64,000 nt of DNA from the NCBI GenBank assembly GCA_965112155.1, contig OZ218098.1; one strand, given 5' to 3'. The stretch is from Podarcis liolepis. Taxonomy: Eukaryota. Shown here in pieces: positions 1-64,000 of this stretch. The translations under genes were made by a program, and so were the position numbers. The stretch's first letter is position 1, and each line of letters starts with the position of its first letter. The notes under the pieces were generated by a model. It was not told the DNA's origin, did not search any database, and worked only from the letters and a program-made list of their open reading frames with translations.

Positions 1-117
1 GTATAACAGGTAATGTGAGTTGAGTGGTTAATGTGTAGTACAAGCAACCACTGTGCACATAATTATAAAGAATTATACATATTGCCCAGTTAATAGACCT
101 TCTCTACAAAAGGACTT

Positions 118-473
118 TGTCGCGGGTGGCGCTGTGGGTAAAACCTCAGTGCCTAGGACTTGCCAATCGTATGGTCGGCGGTTCGAATCCCCATGGCGGC
201 GTGAGCTCCCGTAGTTCGGTCCCAGCTCCTGCCCACTTAGCAGTTTGAAAGCACTCTTAAGTGCAAGTAGATAAATAGGGACCGCTTTATAGCGGGAAAG
301 TAAACGGCGTTTTTGTGTGCTGCGCTGGTGCTGGCTCCCTAGCTGCAGCTGCAGCACGCTGGCCACGTGACCCGGAAGTGTCTTCGGACGGCGCCGGCTC
401 ACGGCCTCTAGAGCGAGATGAGCACGCAACCCTAGAGTCGGACACGACTGGCCCGTACGGGCAGGGGTACCTT
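118..473 (+). mobile_element. Sauria SINE (Squam1-type, tRNA-derived), near full length, 13-bp TSD
   Basis: A-box-like GGTGGCGCTGTGG, B-box GGTTCGAATCCC, family body (GTGCAAGTAGATAAATAGG), 3' end GGGGTACCTTT; TSD TACAAAAGGACTT at 105-117 and 474-486. Confidence 0.9.
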
Positions 474-1542
474 TACAAAAGGACTTAGGTATGTGTGTAT
501 ATATAGACTCCATTTTGTACATTTTCTGGCCAGTATGCACATTCTCCTGCAATCACCTTAGCACTACTTTGAATTCAACCCACTATATATTGCCACAGCA
601 GTTGATGAATAAGATGAAAGTGACTCTTGTAGATGCTTCAGTGTTGGAGTTGGCCTTTATGATTCTGGCTCCTGTGGATGAGTATGAGTTTTTAAGAAAT
701 CCAGACAATAAAAAGGTAGCAAATTCTTACATCGTGTTATGAAACCTCAGCACCTAGCTATTAGAGCAATAGCAGCTGCCACCTTCATAGCACATGTGTC
801 CACGTTATGGGCCAGGATCTTACTTAAGAAAAAGCCTTAGGCTGACATTCATGTTAAGAAGGACCTTAATAAATTGGCCAAGGTTGTTGCCTTCATAGTG
901 TACGCAAGCTTAGATGCCCTTCAGTTCTCTTCTAAAGCACTGGATGCTGGTATTGCTGTCCAGCATCAGTTGTGGCTTTGGAACTGGAATGTTGACACCA
1001 TATTTAAGTCTAATGCAAAGATGTTTGCCCTCTGCAATTCTCTGAATTGTTTGCTACAGTAAGGAATTGTTGTTGAGGGCATAAACAATTATTACGTGTC
1101 TTACAAGTTTCCTTTACGGAAATGCATATTACTTTCCTTCCTGCATTCCAAGCACAGCTGAAAAGAACAGGATATGTGTGTTTCCTCTTAATCCACTGTG
1201 ACCAAGCATTGTAAATAATCTGACACTGTATCAAGGAGTCAAGAAAATATATCAGAAATAAGGCCTTCTAATTTTGGTAAGACTTACTCCAAAGTGTGCC
1301 TAGGAATTCAGCCTTAATCCTTTCCAGTTGGGCCGTTATCCTACTTTCTAATTCAAATTATTCTCTCTCAAGTTGTTATATACATTTCCAGTTTTTAATG
1401 AGTGTTTGTTTACACATTACGATACCTAGGATTTCTTTGCACATTTCAAAATGACAACACAGGCATTTTACATGTGCAGTATGTGTCAACGTTTTATATC
1501 TGCTCATGATTTCTCTTATATCTCTCCTGTCTTAATTCTCAG

Positions 1543-32569
<31,027 letters not shown>

Positions 32570-33265
32570 TCCGTCTCTTGCTACAAGCACTGTAAAAAAG
32601 CAACAAGGAACAAACCATTATTAGTATGCAGAAATTCAATCGGCTAATACATTGCATCCAAACATTTACATCACTTGCTACAACTCTCCTGGAAAGAAGT
32701 TCAAAACAGAGAGTGGAAATGTGGATGAAAGCTCTACACCCAACGTGTAATAGGGAAAATATAACCTATAAATCACTTTTAGAATTTATTTGCTGATTTG
32801 CTTTTACACACTTTCATGTGAAAGGGTTAAGATAATGAGTATTGTGCAGCTTATTTTAAAGCTGTAATATTTCTTTGCCATTGAAAATGGCACAGTGAGA
32901 AGCTATTGGCATTCTCTCAACTTGCCTTCAGACTGTATGTTGAAAAGTATAGTTCACACATTCCATTTCTGCTAAGGGTCATTCAGCAATTGAAAATCTA
33001 ATAGTTTATTATAAACATTTTCATCATTGGCTTTTACGTGTTGGGTCACTGTTCTGCAAGAAAAACTAAAAGTTTAAATATTGTTTTTAATAGCCTTGAA
33101 GCACTGAATTCATTAGCAAATCCTTTTTTTCTTTAATTTTTGTTGTCAGTATTATTTTTGGCAGAGTTTTGAAGGGCAACTCATGCAGATGTGCAGAGAT
33201 CAGTGATATTTTTCATATGGGTACGAAATTGCACAGAGAAAATTATAAATGTGTTTTTAACTGGC

Positions 33266-33278
33266 ATTTATTTATTTA
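33266..33278 (+). promoter_or_regulatory. AU-rich element in the presumed DENND5A 3'UTR
   Basis: ATTTATTTATTTA = three overlapping AUUUA pentamers, ~700 nt after the stop. Confidence 0.45.
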
Positions 33279-33609
33279 ACTTTTCATCATGTTGTAATGT
33301 CTTTGTCTAAGAAAAGAATACTATATACAGTACTTAACAGGCTATGTTACATGTCTGTTGTGTTTTTAATTTAGAACCTAATTAGAGTACAGCCCACCTA
33401 AATACAAGGCCAGAATAAGAGTGTCTGTTAGCAAAATATGTCTTGGCATGAACTGCCTTTCAATTTATTAGTCATTACTAACAAGTCCATTGATTTCAGT
33501 GGGTCTGCTCTGAGTATGAAATAGTTGGATACCACCATAAGTGATTATCCTAAGCCATGTGTACTCTATGTAATGGCTAACAGTCTAATCAAATACTAGA
33601 TGTAACACT

Positions 33610-33992
33610 GACCTGGTTTGCATTTAACACTAAGCCAAACCATGACTTAGTGCAAAAGAGCAAACATTCAGGTTCCTGAAGTGAAGATTGCGCTGCAGCA
33701 ATCCTCCCTCAGTGTTTGCAGCTAAAAGGGTTCAGCCATAAATTGGCTTTGTGTTACATCCAAACCCAAACTCATGGTTTGCCTTGTCCTTGACTTACCT
33801 CTTGAGGTTTGTCTGCAGCAGATAAACTATGGTTCAGGCATAACATTAAGTCAAACCATGGTCAAAGGCATAGGTTAAGCAGCAGCAAGATTTGAGGAGT
33901 GCTGTGGCCATAATATATATGCTCCAGAAAGCAAATGTTTGTTTGTTTGCACTAAGCCTTGTTTTGGCTTGGCATTATGTGCAAACTGGGCC
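33610..33992. mobile_element. Palindromic MITE, same family as 36747-37161
   Basis: Inverted arms CTAAGCCAAACCATG / TTTTGGCTTGG; termini GACCTGGTTTGCA / TGCAAACTGGGCC. Confidence 0.6.
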
Positions 33993-35578
33993 GGTCTATA
34001 AATGTGTAAGGATCAGATACAGCAGCAGTTGTTTCACAGTTTTGTCATCTTGCAATACTAGCACTACCTTACAACAGCTTCACAAGCACATGTGCTGGTG
34101 CAAATACTTCAGGTTGGCCGTAAGTGAGAGCAGTATTACTGTGACCAATTTATGCTGCTACTTGATATAATGCTATGTTAAGGTTTCAAATCTTTCCCTT
34201 GGTAACCCAGTTCACAGGCAGAACATATGGAACATTTTTATTTGAAATGCCGAGCATTCGTGTGCTAATTTTTGTATATGTTAAAGGCTGGAGGTTTTGG
34301 ATGCTTGTGAACACGGTGTAAAAATATTAGAATACCCTCATAATGTTCATAATTTGTGGACTTTTTAAATAGTAAAATTCCAATTTGAAAAATCTAGTGA
34401 ATGCCTAGAAGCAACTGTTCTTGTTAGAATTCTCAGCAAAAATCCCTAGGAGATGCATATTGAGCTAAGGAAACACTAAGATATACTATACAAGCATTAG
34501 GTCTCTGTATTAAGATTCGAGATTCTACAGGCCTTTGCTGTATACATGTCTGAAGTTAGCCTCTTTAACTTCTGATAAAGACGTTTTCAACTGTCAGTCT
34601 CCAACAAGTAGCATTATTCTTTATTTCCTACATCTTGTGGTCATTTTTATTCCAGTAACTTAAAAATATAGCACATGTATTAAATTTTACTATTTTTACT
34701 TTTCTGGTGTTTTATTTCATTATTACTTTGAAAAGTTGCTATTATTGCTTCTGTACTCTTGTTTCTAATTTGAATTGGTTGAATTTGAGAAAATCATACT
34801 GGAGACTGAAAAGGATGCAGCCCACATTATCACAACATACACGATGGATAAACATACTCATGCTGGGCTTGAGGTGCATGGCTCTACTGACATTAGTTCT
34901 GCAATAACAGAATATTATTTTCTGTTATCTCACTTAAAAGTATATTACACAACTGCACAAAGAATCCGGAAAAATGAAAAAGCCTGTTGTTTTTCTAAAG
35001 ATTCCTTTTACAGCATAGTATTCTGAAAAAAATGCATTGAACAGAATAACAGCATCATCTGTATTGGGTATCTACCCAAGAGAAGACTTGCTTCTAATAG
35101 TAGATGACACAGTTAACTACTTCACTGCAGCACTGAATAACAAAAGTATGTGTGTAGACATCATGGTTAGCTATACTGCCTTCAGGAGCAGTTAACCATC
35201 AGTGATAATATTCATGAATTGGGGATCAGAGGAGGTAGGTGGACACAAGCACTCAAACCTGCTCCTGTGTTCTCCAGTGAAGATGGCTGGGAATGCCCAA
35301 GAGCAGTGGAAGTCACTGAGAGCTCCTGGGTGGTACCACCCCAGCCAGTCTGATTTTTTTTAAAGCAGTACCTCCACCACCAATGCTTTCTCAGATGCCA
35401 CCAGGAAATACAGGAGGAGACTGGCTGACTATTGGGAAAGGTTTTGCTGGACAGTTCTGGAACATCAAGACTCTTGTGATATATCATTGCCAGGCAAGAT
35501 ATATCAAACAACTACAAAACAAATCCTGTTTATTCAAGACAGCTGTAAATTTGAAGTTTTCAGATATGAAGCCCCATG

Positions 35579-36053
35579 TGTCACTGTCTACGGGTGATTG
35601 ATCCTGGCTGAGGACGTTGGGACCAGGGGCGAGATGGCAGGGTGGGAGCAGGAACAGGAGTCCAGAAGCCAGGGGTCTGAGAGTCAGGAAGTAGGGAGTC
35701 ACAAAGTCAAGGGTCTGAGGGTCAAGAAGCAAGGAGTCATGAAGTCGAGGAGCAAGGAGTCACAAAGTCAAGGGTCCATGGGTCGAGAAGCACGGAGTCA
35801 AGAAGCCAAGGTCCGAGGATCAGAAAGCAAGAATCCAAATGCAGCAAGGCAGGAAACATGTTACTGTGGCCAAGAGCCGAAGGGAAATGCTGACCTTATA
35901 TCCCTTCCCAGCTCTTGCCACCAGGTTCCGTGAGTTACCAATCGGCCTCACCTGTGTGGCCATGCCTTGCCTCTCCAGAACAAACTTAGGAAGGCCTCAG
36001 TCCTGCGAAGCCCTACTGGTCACAGGATCTGGCTCCTGCACGCACTTCTGACA
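35579..36053 (-). mobile_element. Solo LTR (probably Gypsy/Ty3-class), 475 bp
   Basis: TGTCA...TGACA termini, perfect 5-bp TSD CCATG; internal repeats GGAGTCACAAAGTCAAGGGTC; CCAAT (35938-35942) and minus-strand TATA-like ATATAAG (35895-35901). Confidence 0.85.
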
Positions 36054-36693
36054 CCATGCTGCAGAGCAAACTGCTTTTAAAACTGATATAACTTTTCAAA
36101 ATTTACATTCAGCTGCTCAAACAGAAAATTATGAATGTGAGAAAGTTATTTGTTTCAAATTTGGTGTACTGTATGTAGTTGCATTTTTAAATGTGAGTCG
36201 TAACAGATGTAGAATTGGCTCAAACATAGTTGTCCTCCCACAACTGCAAGCATGCCTAAGAGAAGTAAATGCAGTAGATGAGCTATTCTCTTTAATGCCC
36301 TCCCAATTCACAAATTCTGACTATGCAGTTGTTGCAGGCTGCAAAATCATTCCTGTCAAAACATAAAGGCTAACAAAATTCCTTTTCATAACTGTTTTTA
36401 TCCAAGCACCTGCATAGATTTATATGAAAATGCAAAAACTGTTGTATTTAATTAGCAAGCCTTATCCCATAGTTAAAATGGGTTATTTTTATTAAACTTT
36501 AAGGTAGTGATGTTCAATTCTCTTTAATTAAAGAGCTTCTCTTTCATAGCTCATAAGCTTTTAAATCATATCAACATTTAAAATGCTTATGAACTCAGCT
36601 ATATTTCTGCATTGCAAAGTAATTTTTAGACTGTGTAATTTAGACTATTAAGTCATTTTAGACTATACTATGAACTCTAATATTCTATAGCTC

Positions 36694-36735
36694 TGTGTGT
36701 GTATGAGTGTGTGTGTGTGTGAGAGAGAGAGAGAG
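36694..36735. repeat. (GT)n(GA)n microsatellite
   Basis: Directly visible. Confidence 0.85.
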
Positions 36736-36746
36736 ACAGTGCGATC

Positions 36747-37161
36747 AGCCTGGTACGCACATCATGTTAATCCAAACCACAGCTTAGTGAAAATGCATGA
36801 GCACTTAGGCTCCTAAGGAGGAAAGTGGCTGCTTTGCTCTTCTCCAGTCATTTTGCTGCTGCACTGTGCTTAGCTAAGCCATGGCTTGGCCTGATGTGTT
36901 GTGTGAACTGAGAGTTGTGGTTTAGCTCTCTAGAGACTAAATGTGCTGAAATGAAGGTTTGTTCTTAGTTTCTGACTTATGGTTTATGTCAAAGAGCTAA
37001 ATCACAAGCCCAAGTTCAGATGACACACTAAGCCAAGCCATGGCTTAGCTTAGCACAGTGCAGCAGCAAAACAACCAAGCAGTAGCAAAGTGGCAGTGAT
37101 TTCCTCTCCATGCATATACCCTAGGTCATTGTTTGGCTTAGTGTGATATGTGAACCAGGCC
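36747..37161. mobile_element. ~415-bp near-fully palindromic MITE
   Basis: Arms TTTTGCTGCTGCACTGTGCT.AGCTAAGCCATGGCTTGGC / GCCAAGCCATGGCTTAGCT.AGCACAGTGCAGCAGCAAAA; termini GCCTGGT / ACCAGGC. Confidence 0.75.
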
Positions 37162-37810
37162 AGAGAGCAAGACAGATAGACCATAATTGCTTTTGCCGCT
37201 TAAGTTCTTAGCAAGAATGAATATATTTTGGAAGATTTCTGTTGCCATAGTTCAAGATGGAGAGTTGAAAAATTAGCTGGAAATTGTTTATTTACTTCTC
37301 ATGTTTGTAGTTCCTTTTATACCTAGAGATTGGTAGTTTATCTTCAAAATGCGGAATCAAGTTTAATAATGCTAATAATATTCTGTTTTAAAACTAGTCA
37401 TTGTAGTTTATAGAACTAGAAAAGAAAATGCAGTATATTATTTTTCTAATTTTTCTATTTTTCGAGTTGTAAATCTAAACGTATGTCCAGATGCAGCTTA
37501 CTTTGCTGTACTACAATAAAGCTTTCTTCTGATAGGACCAACAGAATTAACCTACCGTGCCATCCTTGGCAGCTGTTTATTCTAATTAGGCTTTACATTC
37601 TGATCTAATATTTTCACCTTGTGTTGGTTAGCATTGCTAGAAACATTGTTTTTCAAATGACATCAGTGTGCAGCATATGGAAACTGGTGTTTTAATACAT
37701 TCTTACCTTAAGCAAAGAGCTACTTCACATAATTGTTGCTTTCCCTGCTCTAATAGCATTACAATAGGAACTAATTCATATTCAACATGCAAATGTTTAA
37801 TAACAATATA

Positions 37811-38164
37811 CAGTGGTGCCCCGCAAGACGAAAAACTCGCAAGATGAAAAACTCGCTAGACGAAAGGGTTTTGCGGTTTTTGAGCTGCTCCGCAAGACGA
37901 ATTTCCCTATGGGCTTGCTTCGCAAGACGAAAACGTCTTGCGTTTTTTGCAAGTTTGTTTCCTTTTTCTTAACACCGTTAATACAGTTGCGACTTGACTT
38001 CGAGGAGCAACTCATAGAACGCGGTGTGGTAGCCTTTTTTGAGGTTTTTGGTGATTTTTGAAGCTTTTCCAAAACTTTTCCGACACCGTGCTTCGCAAGA
38101 CGAAAAATTCGCTAGACAAAAAAACTCGCGGAACGAATTAATTTTGTCTTGCGAGGCACCACTG
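37811..38164. mobile_element. Tc1/mariner (Tigger/pogo-like) MITE, CpG-retaining
   Basis: TIR CAGTGGTGCC(C/T)CGCAAGAC, TA TSD on both sides, internal repeats of CGCAAGACGAA. Confidence 0.92.
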
Positions 38165-39799
38165 TACGGTAATACTGTACTTGTATTTATCAAAGAAAAA
38201 GTTTTAGCTAGATGGCGCTGTTGAACAGGTGCTTGTATAGATTCTGGGAATGTAAAGCACTTTGCAGTATGACACCCCCCCCAAGCTTATTTTGCCAGTA
38301 TACTGGCATCTTCACACTTTGAACAAAACACCTCTCCCCACACCCGGGCAATGATTTTTAATCCTGGCTCACATAGATCCTACTTTGCCTAGTCTAAAAG
38401 AAGATGGTGTCTCATTTACCCTTTTCATAGCTGGAAGCATGCTGAATGTTGTGTTGCAGTCTTAGAGCAATCACTATCCTGTATTTTGCTAAGCAACAGC
38501 TATCTACCCAGCCTTCCTATAACTACCGAGATCTGCTATGTTTTACCTCTCCTACTAGAATACTTTGCCTGTTGCTCACTACTTTCAACATTATCAAGTT
38601 CTCAATCTGTCCCATCTATGTGAATAGTGCTGCTGTTCTTGATTATGGAAATATGTGTCTTAGAAGGGGTGATCTGAATAAAAGCAGTGTACTGCAAGCA
38701 CCATTTTCAGTGACACCCTATCCATGTAAACAAATTAGAGGTGACATTCTAGATAACAAGCTCATACAAACAACCTTGGAACCACTGGATTATGTAAACA
38801 AGTCTGGGTAGTTCTGAATCTTTCTCTCATCTGAGCTTGAAGAATTCTTACAACTGCAGTTAAGGAAGAGGAAAAATATTACTAAGAAGAAAATGTGTTC
38901 TATTTTGTATTGGTCACATTTGATTAAACATCCCCTGTGAGGTTTGAGAGTTGTGGAATACTAAGTGCTTTAGGCAACACAATAGAATAAATCTACTGTG
39001 AAATCTATGTGGACCATTTAAGATTTATGCATGAAGGGGGCCAGCCCTCTACTATGTTCATGGAAGTACATGTCTGATCATAAACTGCAAAATATATGCA
39101 CATCACACTGATTTACTATAAAGTTCATTGCTGCAGATTCCCTGCACTTTTTAATGCCATTATATCCAAGGGAAGAATGCTGGTACAAAGGTACTGTGTT
39201 GTCAGTTTATGGCCTCAGGGAAAAGTTGGATTAAAATAGCTAGTCAAAACTGATTAGCCTGTTTTGTTTTTAACATTGGGTGCTTTAACGACAATGGTAC
39301 AAACCTCTGGGTTTGCCCCGCATCTGAGATAGCACCACAGAATTAGGCATCTTTTAAGATATAATGGAAACATGAAAATACCATACAGAGAAAAGCTTTC
39401 AAACATGGAAGAAACAAAGCACAAACATAAGGGAGATTATTACAGTTGTCTTTCACAAAACACCCAATAGGTTTAGGTCTCATCTGCACCATACATTTAA
39501 AGCAGTATCATACCATTTTAAATAGTCATCCCTCAAGAATCCAGGGAATTGTAGTTTATTATGGATGCTGTGAGTTGTTAGGAGAACCCTGTTCACGTCA
39601 CAGAGCTGCAGTTCTTTGGGTGGTTTAACAATCAATTCCTCTTCCTAGGAAACTCTGGTAAATGTAGCTTTGTAAGAATAAAATGGGAATTATATTTCTC
39701 ACAGAAAATGTTTCTTTGATGATGTTTTGAAGGAAAAGGTTGCTTCACACAGATGTCTGGAAGTTCTAAATGTAAGGGGCAGTGGGGGGAGTGCCTTTT

Positions 39800-40760
39800 G
39801 AGGAAACAGGAAACCTTCAGTTAAATGAGTGGCATTGCAGCTTAGGAGTGAAAGTCACAGGCAGGGATGTACCTGGCCAGTGTAGGGATTTAAGGAGGGT
39901 GTCATGAGATTAGTGCAGTGAGAGAGATTAATTATTTTGGCAACAGATGTGAGGGGACCAAGCTGAGACAGCAGCAGACCAAAGAGAATATTTCAGAAGC
40001 CTAGAGGGGGGCCAGGCCATGAAGCAAAGTTCTTGCTGAGGGGACAGTGACAAGCCAATGTTGTACATGACTTGGCTACTCAGTATGGGGGACAAAGGAG
40101 AAAGAAGAGTTTAAGGCTACGTGCCTGTTCAACAGGATGGATAGCAATTCAATGCATAAGGAAAGTAAGCTAGGAGAGAGGGCTGGGGAGGAAAGAGAAG
40201 TTTATTTTGGATCTATTGAACCTGAAATGATGGTGCATGCAAGTAAAGCTATCAGAGGGCAGTTGGAGTTGTGGGATTGAAATGAAGGGAACAAGTTGGT
40301 GGAGGGGAGAAGGGAGTGTCATCTGTGGCTAGATGGTACTGAAAGCTGCCTTTAGATGTCTTCTAAAAGTTTGGTAGTTGTTCTTCTCTTTGACATCTGG
40401 TGGGAGGGCTTAGCATGTAGATTGGAAAGGAGCAGCAGATCCTTGAGGACCCCCAACAGAAAGAGGGAAAGCAGGGGGTTTCTACCTATGGAAACACTTG
40501 AGAGAATGATTAGGTAGGTATGAGAAGAATCAGGAAAGAACATAATACAGACACTTAGGGCATAAAGGCAGTAAAGCAGAAGAAAGTGATCAACTGCCTC
40601 AAAGGAAGGGAACAGTAAGAAAAATGACGACAGAGAACATTTTAAGAGTTTGCATTGGGGCATTGTGAGGGCAATTTCAGTAAAATGTAGAGGGCAGAAA
40701 GCAGACTGCCTTGGATTCCAGTCTAAAGGAAGAAGCAACGTATTTTGCAAAGAGTAAGAA
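39800..40760 (-). mobile_element. Ancient L2 LINE RT fragment
   Basis: Minus ORF 40352-40750 QSAFCPLHFTEIAL...FEAVDHFLLL resembles L2 RT QSGFRP.HSTETAL / AFDTVDH.LLL; boundaries approximate. Confidence 0.6.
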
Positions 40761-41462
40761 AGGGGAAGAAACAGGGCAGGCCTTAGAGCAGACGTTGTGG
40801 ACTACAACTCCCTGGACTACAACCCCCATTATCTCTGACCACTGGCCACGATGGGAGAGTCCAAAACCTCTGGAGAGCACCACATTGGCTACCCCTTCCT
40901 CAGAACTATCAATGGCAGACAACAGGCACCGAGAAATCCTAGAGCTGCAGTAATGCTTCTTGCCCAAATAGATGCCGAACAAGAAGGTGAGCTTCCGTTG
41001 ATAGCGTCCTAAGCCAGCTATTTTGTTTTTCTCCGGCTGCAGTGGCGTGATTCCTCGCCTCTCTCCTTTTGCATGCTATTCACGTCGTAGGATAATACCC
41101 AACACCTGCCTTTTAAACGCATTTTAAAGTTCGGCCACCAGCTCAAAGTGGCTTGCATTGTGAACCAGGCATGCACAAGGAGGGGGCTGGTGCCGTTTTG
41201 TTCAGATGCCCCGATACAAATATATTAAGTATCTGGTCACCTTTCCCCCACAGTCCGCAGGTCCTTCCGCGTATAAGAGCGGGAAAGAGCAGAGGCAGCG
41301 GCGCCTGCGGTCCCACACTCGGCGCGTGCGCGCTGCCTCTGCTTCGCACGTGAGGGCAGGCCGACGCTCGGGGCGGGCCAGGCGCTTGCAGACGCCTCCC
41401 CTTGGACGCGCGCAGGGCCGGGCCCCAGGGGGCGGCAGCCGCACGAGCAGCGACGGCGGCGG

Positions 41463-41486
41463 CAGCAGCAGCAGCAGCAGCAGCAG
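41463..41486 (+). repeat. (CAG)8 preceded by (CGG)3, directly 5' of the SCUBE2 ATG
   Basis: Directly visible. Confidence 0.95.
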
Positions 41487-41488
41487 CA

Positions 41489-63586
<22,098 letters not shown>

Positions 63587-64000
63587 TAGACTTTTTTTTT
63601 TTGCAATGTTCATATAGAAATTGCTGCTTTTGCAGCATCCCAATGAAAACCTTGCCATTTGTAAATTATTAAGAAAACAAGCAAAAGTGGGTAGCTCAGC
63701 TGTAATTTGCATATGGTCCTTTAAATAGTCTCCACTTTCAAACAGTTAGAAATGGGTGTTTAGGGTGTTCATGTCTAAAATACATAGTAAACATAACCCA
63801 GAATTGGCAATTGGCTGGGGGTTCTTGGGCATTTTCTGACTTTTCTTCCATTCATGTAGAACCAATATGGGTTGCAAGAAGAATGTGTAAGAATGAACTA
63901 CCCACCTTCCATCATTTAATTTACGACACTGTATTTATAAGGCAAACCAATATGTCACAAAACAACGTGCACGTTTTTTTTAGTTCCCTTTAACCTCTTG

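Noticed and set aside
118-200. tRNA genes suggested by Pol III A/B boxes (also ~2370-2439 and ~61160-61226)
   Set aside because: tRNA-derived SINE heads followed by SINE bodies and tails.
73-552. 159-aa minus-strand ORF
   Set aside because: Antisense read-through of the Sauria SINE.
35598-35933. S/Q/E/G-rich 111-aa ORF
   Set aside because: Arises from tandem repeats inside the solo LTR.
37811-38164. Repeated CGCAAGACGAA units as a CRISPR-like array
   Set aside because: Eukaryotic DNA; irregular subterminal repeats of a TA-flanked MITE.

Overview
Vertebrate genomic DNA, very likely a lacertid-type lizard, inferred from Sauria/Squam1-, Squam2- and Squam3-like SINEs. The window holds the 3' portion of DENND5A (18 coding exons, 1543-32569, + strand, ending ...SLVKGIDI*), ~9 kb of 3'UTR/intergenic DNA, and the CpG-island promoter plus first 8 coding exons of SCUBE2 (41489-63578, + strand, continuing past the window). 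This is the same tandem gene order as in human. All called introns are GT-AG and phase-consistent. Introns contain SINEs, L2/CR1 fragments, Tc1/mariner and hAT MITEs and a solo LTR. The most striking feature is a 1428-bp non-autonomous hAT element in SCUBE2 intron 4 (56624-58051; perfect 15-bp TIRs, perfect 8-bp TSD). Its interior is not transposase but looks like a captured host CpG-island promoter, first exon and intron start (Pack-MULE/Pack-TIR-like). Also notable are a candidate in-frame 108-nt cassette exon in DENND5A (7602-7709) and a ~31-bp CAG/CTG stem enclosing both SCUBE2 start codons. Gene and repeat identities rest on recognition from memory, not on database searches.
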